Assembly: GCA_043804695.1 (NCBI GenBank)
Contig: JAZDIV010000147.1
Location: forward strand, 1 to 17,341
Source of the DNA: PVC group bacterium
Lineage (GTDB): Bacteria > Auribacterota > Erginobacteria > Erginobacterales > Erginobacteraceae
Length of the DNA stretch: 17,341 nucleotides
Direction of reading: 5' to 3'
Shown: positions 8,351 through 15,167 of the stretch, one piece after another
How the letters are laid out: each line of letters begins with the position of its first letter
Position numbering within the stretch: the first letter of the stretch is position 1
Translations under genes and position numbers: made by a program
Notes under the pieces: model-generated
Seen by the model: only the letters and a program-made list of their open reading frames with translations
What the model was told of the DNA's origin: nothing
Database searches by the model: none

Positions 8351-8794
8351 ATGAAATATTCGGAAGCTGAGCAGGGCCGTACCTTCGTCATCCGCCTGGA
8401 AGACGGGGAGGTCCTGCACGAGGTGATCGAAAAGTTCGCCGCCGACCTCGGGATCGAACGCGCCTTCCTGATCGCGGTCGGGGGCGCCGGGCCGGGGAGC
8501 ACCCTGGTGGTGGGGCCGGAGGACAAAGACGCCCGCCCGGTTTCTCCCCTCACCCATGTCCTCGATGACGTGCATGAGATTGCCGGCGTCGGCACTCTTT
8601 TCCCGGACAGCGGCGGCCGCCCGATGCTCCATCTCCATCTTGCCTGCGGGAGAGAGGACCATACCGTCACCGGGTGCGGGCGGACCGGGGTCCGGACCTG
8701 GCAGGTGGCCGAGGTCATTCTGGTCGAGCTGCTCGGCACCTCCGCCCGCCGCGAAACCGACCCCGACACCGGTTTTGAACTCCTCCAACCATGA
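8351..8794 (+). CDS. PPC domain / DUF296 (AF0104-like) protein
   Basis: 147 aa; GRTFVIRLEDGE start, AVGG, HEIAGVGTL, PMLHLHLACG and C-terminal R.TDPDTGFELL are typical of the family. Confidence 0.85.
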   Translation: MKYSEAEQGRTFVIRLEDGEVLHEVIEKFAADLGIERAFLIAVGGAGPGSTLVVGPEDKDARPVSPLTHVLDDVHEIAGVGTLFPDSGGRPMLHLHLACGREDHTVTGCGRTGVRTWQVAEVILVELLGTSARRETDPDTGFELLQP

Positions 8795-8827
8795 AGACGA
8801 TACCCTCACTCCGTTCGGCCTTCGTCC

Positions 8828-8910
8828 TGGAGTGTTGGAGTGATGGATTATTGGAGTACTGGAGAATCGGATTCCCATCACTCCATTACTCCATCATTCC
8901 ATTACTCCAT
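8828..8910. repeat. Inverted pair of 8-mer tandem arrays (TGGAGTRN-like x5, then CCATYAYT x4.5) forming a long imperfect hairpin
   Basis: tggagtgt-tggagtga-tggattat-tggagtac-tggagaat (8828-8867), then ccatcact-ccattact-ccatcatt-ccattact-ccat (8875-8910). Confidence 0.85.
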
Positions 8911-8964
8911 GTCAGCTTGTTCATATCTGCAATAAAACCGTAACCTTTATTTATGGAGAGGAAC

Positions 8965-9729
8965 ATGGACTACCGCAGAATCATCCCCTGCCTCGACACC
9001 AAAGACGGACGGCTGGTCAAGGGAATCAACTTTGTCGATCTGAAGGACCTGGGGGATCCCGCCGACGCCGGCGCCGCCTACAGCGAGGCGGGAGCGGACG
9101 AGCTGGTTTTTCTCGACATCACCGCCACCCTGGAAGGGAAAAAGACATTTCTCCAGGCGGTGGAAAGAACCGTTAACGCCATTTCAGTACCGCTGACCGT
9201 CGGCGGCGGTATCGGCTCCATCGAGGACATCCGCCGCCTTCTTGACCTCGGCGTCTCCCGAGTCTCCCTGAACTCCGCCCCGGTGAAAGACCCGGAACTG
9301 ATCAGCCGGGCGGCGGAGGAGTTCGGGCCCGAAAAGATAGTCGTCGCCATCGACACCCGCTCTTCATCTCAGGTCCCTTCCGGTTTCGAGGTCGTCGTCA
9401 GCGGGGGAACAAAACCGACCGGGCTGGACGCGGTGGAGTGGGCGCGAAAGGCGGCCGCCCGGGGCGCCGGTTCCCTCCTCCCCACCAGCATGGACGCCGA
9501 CGGGACCCGGACCGGTTACGACATCCCGATGACCCGGGCGATCGCCGACGCCGTGAAGGTGCCAGTCATCGCTTCCGGAGGCGCGGGGACGCTCGAGCAC
9601 CTCTATGAAGCAATCATTGAAGGACATGCCGACGCCGTGCTGGTCGCCTCGATCGCCCACTACGGCACCTTCAGCATCCGCTGGATGAAAGAATACCTGA
9701 GGGACCGCGGCATTCCGGTAATGCTATAG
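8965..9729 (+). CDS. hisF: Imidazole glycerol phosphate synthase cyclase subunit
   Basis: RRIIPCLD, LVKGINF, GADELVFLDITA, TVGGGI, VVAID, TSMDADGT..GYD, PVIASGGAG; both catalytic Asp positions are present. ATG at 8965 follows a GGAGAGG RBS (ORF open from 8953). Confidence 0.95.
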   Translation: MDYRRIIPCLDTKDGRLVKGINFVDLKDLGDPADAGAAYSEAGADELVFLDITATLEGKKTFLQAVERTVNAISVPLTVGGGIGSIEDIRRLLDLGVSRVSLNSAPVKDPELISRAAEEFGPEKIVVAIDTRSSSQVPSGFEVVVSGGTKPTGLDAVEWARKAAARGAGSLLPTSMDADGTRTGYDIPMTRAIADAVKVPVIASGGAGTLEHLYEAIIEGHADAVLVASIAHYGTFSIRWMKEYLRDRGIPVML

Positions 9730-9762
9730 AACACGGCCCGTCATAAAACGACGGGCCGCGTT
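9730..9762. terminator. GC-rich hairpin immediately after the hisF stop; possible terminator
   Basis: AACACGGCCCGTC-7 nt-GACGGGCCGCGTT, 12 of 13 positions paired; the U-tract is weak. Confidence 0.45.
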
Positions 9763-9763
9763 C

Positions 9764-9795
9764 TGGAGTACGGGAATGATGGAATGATGAAGTAC
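9764..9795. repeat. Second 8-mer array (four TGGARTRN-like units), forward arm only
   Basis: tggagtac-gggaatga-tggaatga-tgaagtac; same family as 8828-8867. Confidence 0.7.
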
Positions 9796-10025
9796 ACCCC
9801 CGGTGAGCTTGTCTCACCGGAGTGAAAGTTCAACAGCTAACTTCCACCATTAAACCTTCCTATCGGCCCCTGCCGCTTCATGCGGCAGGGGAGAAAGTTC
9901 AACCCGAATTAGCTGTGGACTTATTCACCCGTGACATAAAGTCACGGGGGTCTTTCGTCTTCAATAGGTTTCGGCGGTTAGCCTGCGAACTGATTCACCT
10001 GCCACATAAAGTGGCAGGGGTTTAC
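9795..10025. other. Cluster of four related hairpins resembling IS200/IS605-family end structures (non-autonomous element remnant or structured ncRNA)
   Basis: Stems at 9800-9820, 9867-9891, 9928-9948 and 9998-10018, all with 5-nt loops. GAAAGTTCAAC is repeated at 9824 and 9893; ATTCACC...ACATAAAGT is repeated from 9923 and 9993. Confidence 0.6.
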
Positions 10026-10093
10026 GATCAAACTAATCAAATACAGACATGACTGAATTACAAATTCTAATTCTAAATATATGTTTATGTGCC

Positions 10094-10131
10094 TATAATA
10101 ATCCGATCGTGATATACTCCTCGTCGGAGGA
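10094..10131 (+). promoter_or_regulatory. Candidate glgP promoter elements and RBS
   Basis: TATAAT at 10094-10099, extended -10 TGATATACT at 10110-10118, GGAGG at 10126-10130. Confidence 0.45.
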
Positions 10132-10140
10132 TTAAACCAT

Positions 10141-12675
10141 ATGAACACTGATACGAATAATCCGAATAATCAGCACCCAGAGCATACCGGCCTGCGCGGG
10201 CGGCACGACCTGGACGCGTTCCGGCAGGCCCTGCTCGACAACCTCTATTTTTCCCGGGGGCAGGGGCTCCAATCGGCCAGCATCAATGACGGATACGTCA
10301 GCCTCGCTTATACCATCCGCGACTTCCTGATGCGGCGCTGGCGAGACACCACCAACACCCACTATCAGAACAACCCGCGCTTTGTCTACTACCTTTCCGC
10401 CGAGTACCTGCTGGGGCAGCAGCTTGGTAAAAACCTGTTCTACACCGGGACGACAGATCTGGCCCGGCAGGCGCTGGACGAGGTCGGGCTTCATTTCGAC
10501 GCCTTTGTGGCCCAGGACATCGAGCCGGGCCTCGGGAACGGCGGACTGGGGCGGCTGGCCGCCTGTTTCCTCGACTCTCTGGCCACCCTCGACATACCGG
10601 CCGTCGGCTACGGCATCCGCTACGAGTACGGCATCTTCCGGCAGTCTTTTGAAAACGGCTGGCAGGTTGAAAGCCCCGACGACTGGCTGGCCTTCGGCTG
10701 TCCGTGGGAATACGCCCATCCGGACGACATGGTCGAGGTGAAGTTCGGCGGGCACACGGAGTGGTACGTGGACGCCGCCGGCACGCCCCACAAACGCTGG
10801 ACCGGCGGACAAACGGTGCGGGGGGAGCCTTATCTGATGATGGTTCCGGGCTACCGCACCCGCACGGTCAACATGCTGCGTCTCTGGCGCGCCCGGGCCT
10901 CCCGGGAGTTTGACTTCCAGCTGTTCGACGAGGGCGATTACGCCGAGGCCGTCGCGCAGAAGGTGCTCTCCGAGAACATCACCAAGGTGCTCTATCCCAA
11001 CGACAATACCCCGCAGGGCAAGGAACTGAGGCTCAAACAGCAGTACTTCTTCGTCGCCTGCTCGCTGCGCGACATCATCCGCCGCTTCCAGATCCGCAAC
11101 CATGACTGGAACGTCCTGCCGGACAAGGTGGTCATCCAGCTCAATGACACCCACCCCGTCCTGGCCATCCCCGAACTGATGCGGATCCTGGTCGATGAGC
11201 TTTTCCTGGACTGGGACTGGGCCTGGCAGATCACCGGGAGGGTTTTCGCCTACACCTGCCACACGCTCCTGCCGGAGGCGCTGGAAAAATGGCCGCTGGA
11301 TCTCTTCGGCCGGCTCCTGCCGCGCCATGGTGAGATCATCCGCGAGATCAACCGGCGTGTCCTCGAACAGGTAAGCGCCCGCTTCCCCGGCGACGCGGAC
11401 CGGCTGGCCCGGATGTCGCTGTTTGAAAACACCCCGGTGAACCAGGTGCGGATGGCCAACCTGGCCTGCGTGGGATCCTTCTCCGTCAACGGCGTTGCCG
11501 AGCTCCATTCCCGGCTGCTCCGCGAAAGGACGCTTCGCGACTTTGCCGAACTCTGGCCGGAAAAATTCAACAACAAAACCAACGGCGTCACCCCCCGCCG
11601 GTTCCTGCGCCTGGCCAACCCCCGTTTATCGGCGATCATTACTGAAAAAATCGGGGAGGACTGGCTGACCGATCTGGAGCAGCTGAAAAACCTGGAGCGG
11701 TTCGCGGAAGACGCCGTCTTCCGCCGCGCCTGGCGGGAGGTCAAGCGGGCGAACAAGCAGGACCTGGCCGATCTCATCCGGGCAACCGTCGGGATCGACG
11801 TGAACCCCGACTCGATCTTTGACGTGATGGCCAAGCGGCTGCACGAGTACAAGCGGCAGCACCTGAAGGCGCTGCACATCATCACCCTCTACCAGCGCCT
11901 GAAGGCGAACCCCCGGGCCAAGATCGTCCCCCGCGCCTTCATTTTCGGGGCCAAGGCGGCGCCCGGCTACCGGATGGCCAAGCTGATCATCAAGCTCATC
12001 AACAATGTCGCGTACACGGTCAATCACGACCCGGTTACGGCCGGGCGGCTGAGGGTCGTTTTCCTCCCCAATTTCAACGTCGCCCTGGCCGAGAAAATCT
12101 ACCCCGCGGCCGACATTTCGGAACAGATCTCGCTGGCGGGCATGGAGGCGTCGGGCACCGGCAACATGAAGTTCGCCCTGAACGGGGCCCTCACCGTCGG
12201 TACCCTGGACGGGGCCAACATTGAGATCCGCGACCGGGTCGGGGCGGAGAACTTCTTCCTTTTCGGGCTGACGGCCGATGAGGTCTTGATCCGGAAAGAG
12301 AAAGGCTACCGGCCCCGGGACCATTACGAGAGCAGCCCCGAGCTCCGGCGGGCGATCGACGCTGTCGCCGACGGCGCCTTTTCTCCCGGCGAGAGCCAGC
12401 TCTTCCGCCCGCTCGTCGATGCCCTGCTGCTCAGGGACGAGTATATGCTTCTGGCCGATTATGCTTCCTACCTGGAATGCCAGGCCCGGGCCGAGGAAGC
12501 CTACCGGGACAGCGAACGCTGGACCCGGATGTCGATCCTGAACACCGCCCGCTGCGGCTTCTTCTCCTCCGACCGGGCCGTCCGCCAGTACTGTGACGAG
12601 ATCTGGAAGGTCAGCCCGCTCCCGGTTCAGGAAGGGATAAAGGAAGTTATAATCAAGAGTAAAAACAGAGAATAA
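10141..12675 (+). CDS. glgP: Glycogen/starch/alpha-glucan phosphorylase (GT35)
   Basis: 844 aa; [59 protein letters not shown]-lysine motif [15 protein letters not shown]. Confidence 0.97.
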   Translation: MNTDTNNPNNQHPEHTGLRGRHDLDAFRQALLDNLYFSRGQGLQSASINDGYVSLAYTIRDFLMRRWRDTTNTHYQNNPRFVYYLSAEYLLGQQLGKNLFYTGTTDLARQALDEVGLHFDAFVAQDIEPGLGNGGLGRLAACFLDSLATLDIPAVGYGIRYEYGIFRQSFENGWQVESPDDWLAFGCPWEYAHPDDMVEVKFGGHTEWYVDAAGTPHKRWTGGQTVRGEPYLMMVPGYRTRTVNMLRLWRARASREFDFQLFDEGDYAEAVAQKVLSENITKVLYPNDNTPQGKELRLKQQYFFVACSLRDIIRRFQIRNHDWNVLPDKVVIQLNDTHPVLAIPELMRILVDELFLDWDWAWQITGRVFAYTCHTLLPEALEKWPLDLFGRLLPRHGEIIREINRRVLEQVSARFPGDADRLARMSLFENTPVNQVRMANLACVGSFSVNGVAELHSRLLRERTLRDFAELWPEKFNNKTNGVTPRRFLRLANPRLSAIITEKIGEDWLTDLEQLKNLERFAEDAVFRRAWREVKRANKQDLADLIRATVGIDVNPDSIFDVMAKRLHEYKRQHLKALHIITLYQRLKANPRAKIVPRAFIFGAKAAPGYRMAKLIIKLINNVAYTVNHDPVTAGRLRVVFLPNFNVALAEKIYPAADISEQISLAGMEASGTGNMKFALNGALTVGTLDGANIEIRDRVGAENFFLFGLTADEVLIRKEKGYRPRDHYESSPELRRAIDAVADGAFSPGESQLFRPLVDALLLRDEYMLLADYASYLECQARAEEAYRDSERWTRMSILNTARCGFFSSDRAVRQYCDEIWKVSPLPVQEGIKEVIIKSKNRE

Positions 12676-12701
12676 TTAAGAAGAGTATCAAATAGATTGC
12701 A

Positions 12702-12859
12702 TGTCATTGCGAGGCCGACCCATTTTTGTCATTGCGAGGCCGACCCATTTTTGTCATTGCGAGGCCGACCCATTTTTGTCATTGCGAGGCCGACCCATTT
12801 TTGTCATTGCGAGGCCGACCCATTTTTGTCATTGCGAGGCCGCAGGCCGAAGCAATCTC
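12702..12859. repeat. Five perfect 25-bp tandem repeats TGTCATTGCGAGGCCGACCCATTTT followed by a complete CGTC-type REP-like unit
   Basis: Units start at 12702, 12727, 12752, 12777 and 12802. A sixth head at 12827 continues as ...GAGGCCGCAGGCCGAAGCAATCTC. A degenerate seventh head TGTCATTGCGAA is at 12872. Confidence 0.95.
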
Positions 12860-12999
12860 CCTGTTCTTTCCTGTCATTGCGAATCAAGCGAAGGCGGGAG
12901 ATAAAAAAATAACGAATCACTCACTATAAAATGACCTCAACATCGCGGGTGGAAAATGCCAAATGAATAAATCGGGCAACAGATTGAGGAAAAAGAGAA

Positions 13000-14964
13000 T
13001 TACCGAATAACCGGGATATCACCGGCCCCGCCGAAATACGTCCTGGTCACCCCCTGCAGGGCCCACAATCCGCTAGGGCCGCGGAAGATACCTATATCTG
13101 CCCGGCCATCCCCGTCATAATCGGCCGGGACCGGCGTATCGGCCGAGGAGCCGAAATATGTCCTGGTCACCCCCCGTATCGACCAGAGACCGGAGGACTC
13201 CCGGAAGATCGCGGGCGAAGGAATGCCGGAACCCATGTAATCGGCTGGAACCGCCGTATCCCCGCTTCCCCCGAAGTAGATCCGCGTGATTCCCCGGACC
13301 GCCCAGAGCCCCCCTGTCCCGGCGGGACGGAAGAGACCCGGATCAAATCCGCCGTCGCCGTTGTAATCGCCGGGAACCGGCCGGTCGCCGATGCCGCCGT
13401 AATAAACCCGGAATACTCCCCGGACAGCCCAGAGGCCGGACGACTCCCTGAAGAGCCCCACGTCGAAGGTGCCGTCGCCGTTGTAGTCACCCGGGACCGG
13501 GATGTCCGAGACTCCGCCGAAGTAAACTCGGGTAACGCCCCGTACCGCCCAGAGACCGGTGGAGATTCTGAAGATGCCGGGGTCGGATGTGCCGTTACCG
13601 TCATAATCTCCGGGAACGGGGCTGTCTCCGGGCGAGCCGAAGTAGACCCTGCTTATCCCCCGGACCGCCCAGAGCCCGGAACTCCCCCGGAAGACGGCGA
13701 TATCCGCCGAGCCATCGCCGTTGAAGTCGCCGGCGCCGCAGAGGGGAACCGGCGTGGGGGCGGGTTGAGATGACCCGTATTCATCGGCCCCGATATCGGG
13801 CGCCCCGCCGGTGATGCCGCCGCAGTCGATATCGGACAACCGGTCAGCGGTGGCGGTCCCGGCATCGACCGCGGGGCGGCCGGCGGATGCCAGGTGGAGA
13901 TCACCGGCGGCGGCGTCGACAAAATCGATCCCGGACGCGCTCAGGCGGTTGGTCACCAGGGTGGGATTGTTGACTTCAAAACGGTCGGTATAGAAACCCT
14001 CATCCGCCAGGTTGTTCATCAACAGGCAGTTGAAGGACGACGCGTACTGAACCTCGATCGAGAAGGGCCAGTTCCCCGGCGAGTAAATGGTGTTGTTGAT
14101 CACCTTCGCGTTCGGTGATTTCGAAACGCAGATCCCGAAGTCGGAGTTTTCGTACCCCTTGATGAAATTGTTCCGGATGATGCCGCCGGTGTGGCTGGGG
14201 GCGTCATCGGAGCTGTTCCCGAACGATATCCCCATGTCGCAGTCGATGATCCGGTTGCGCTCGACGATGGTATGGGAAGACCCCTGCCAGCATAATATGG
14301 CCGGTCCGGCCAGGATCCCGCCCGGGCCCGCCTTGATGTTCCTGACCGTGTTGTCACGGATGATCCAGTTGTGGGAGTTCAGGATGTCGATCCCGTTGGT
14401 ATAATCCCCCTCGGCCAGGGTCGTGGTGTATTCAAAGGTGGAGCATTGGATGATCCCGTCGTCTTTTCTCCCGGTGTCGAGGCCGCCGCTGGCCTTGAAG
14501 AGCTGCTCGCCGCAGTCCGCCACCCGGATGTTGTGGAAGAGAAAATCCGACGGGGAGGTGGACGGGTCTATGAACACCCCGTGGTAGCGGACGTCCCGGA
14601 TGGTGAGGTCGGCCAGGGTGATCCCGCCGGCGTTGATATAGACGCCGAAATAGGTGTCCCCCGAGGCCATCCCCTCTCCCCGGATAACCGCGTCGTCCCG
14701 GTTGCCGGAGGAGGAGCGGATGGTGATCTCCGGCCGGTCGATCACGATCCCGGAGCCGGTGATCGGGTAGATCCCGCTGTCCAGGTAGATGGTCGTTTTC
14801 CCGCCGGCGCTGTCGATCGCGTTCTCCAGCCCGGAGGTGGTGCTGACATGGACCACGGTTTCGCCCGCCGGCGGGGGAAGCGGGCCGCAGTCGCAATCAG
14901 CCTTCAAACCGGGAGAGATAACCGGCAGTACGACCAATAAAGTTGCTGTGGAAACGGCCTTCAT
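13000..14964 (-). CDS. Secreted right-handed parallel beta-helix protein with a choice-of-anchor-Q-like segment and six C-terminal FG-GAP-like repeats
   Basis: ATG at 14964 gives the signal-like MKAVSTATLLVVLPVISPGLKA (654 aa). Beta-helix repeats WIIRDNTVRN, TIVERNRII, GIIRNNFI, AKVINNTIY. Segment GDLHL...PAVDAG...PDIGADEY. Six 40-aa repeats at 13003-13731. Confidence 0.85.
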   Translation of the reverse strand: MKAVSTATLLVVLPVISPGLKADCDCGPLPPPAGETVVHVSTTSGLENAIDSAGGKTTIYLDSGIYPITGSGIVIDRPEITIRSSSGNRDDAVIRGEGMASGDTYFGVYINAGGITLADLTIRDVRYHGVFIDPSTSPSDFLFHNIRVADCGEQLFKASGGLDTGRKDDGIIQCSTFEYTTTLAEGDYTNGIDILNSHNWIIRDNTVRNIKAGPGGILAGPAILCWQGSSHTIVERNRIIDCDMGISFGNSSDDAPSHTGGIIRNNFIKGYENSDFGICVSKSPNAKVINNTIYSPGNWPFSIEVQYASSFNCLLMNNLADEGFYTDRFEVNNPTLVTNRLSASGIDFVDAAAGDLHLASAGRPAVDAGTATADRLSDIDCGGITGGAPDIGADEYGSSQPAPTPVPLCGAGDFNGDGSADIAVFRGSSGLWAVRGISRVYFGSPGDSPVPGDYDGNGTSDPGIFRISTGLWAVRGVTRVYFGGVSDIPVPGDYNGDGTFDVGLFRESSGLWAVRGVFRVYYGGIGDRPVPGDYNGDGGFDPGLFRPAGTGGLWAVRGITRIYFGGSGDTAVPADYMGSGIPSPAIFRESSGLWSIRGVTRTYFGSSADTPVPADYDGDGRADIGIFRGPSGLWALQGVTRTYFGGAGDIPVIR

Positions 14965-15017
14965 TCTGTAATAATATACACCGGATTCCGGTATGCGGAC
15001 AGGGGGGCATAATAGAT

Positions 15018-15157
15018 GAACGTCGAACATCAGATTTGTTGTAGGGGCGAACCCCTGTGTTCGCCCGGTGGTAAAAAAACGAACCTCGAACCCCGCGAAG
15101 CGGGGCAAGCGTCGAATTTATCCCCCTATGGGGGACGTCCAACATCGAACGTCCAAA
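15018..15157. repeat. Interrupted 7-mer (SAACRTC-like) array containing three inserted hairpins
   Basis: gaacgtc-gaacatc (15018), gaacctc-gaacccc (15081), ggacgtc-caacatc-gaacgtc (15133). Hairpins CCCCGC-GAA-GCGGGG (15091-15105) and TCCCCC-TAT-GGGGGA (15121-15135), plus the GTAG REP at 15041. Confidence 0.65.
15041..15066 (+). repeat. GTAG-family REP element
   Basis: GTAG tetranucleotide directly 5' of the stem GGGCGAAC-CCCTGT-GTTCGCCC, the standard architecture of RAYT-associated REPs. Confidence 0.75.
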
Positions 15158-15167
15158 GAAAAAAACC

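Noticed and set aside
8345..8881. 178-aa minus-strand ORF opposite DUF296
   Set aside because: Antisense shadow whose N-terminus is a translation of the 8-mer microsatellite.
9822..10052. 76-aa ORF across the hairpin cluster
   Set aside because: No recognisable motif or RBS; the sequence is better explained by the hairpins. No transposase or TnpB remnant was recognisable.
10132..12324. Long antisense ORFs (458, 232, 211 aa) opposite glgP, and similar shadow ORFs elsewhere
   Set aside because: Expected from high-GC codon bias opposite real genes; no family motifs.
12702..12842. CRISPR array
   Set aside because: The 25-bp units are contiguous with no unique spacers, no cas genes are present, and the unit head matches the REP-like family also seen at 16094.
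12697..12929. Three short ORFs (67-71 aa) over the tandem repeat
   Set aside because: They are frame-rotating translations of a stop-free 25-bp repeat with no RBS.
14965..15108. 48-codon N-terminal extension of the beta-helix ORF
   Set aside because: It runs through the REP and 7-mer repeats; the signal peptide begins at ATG 14964.
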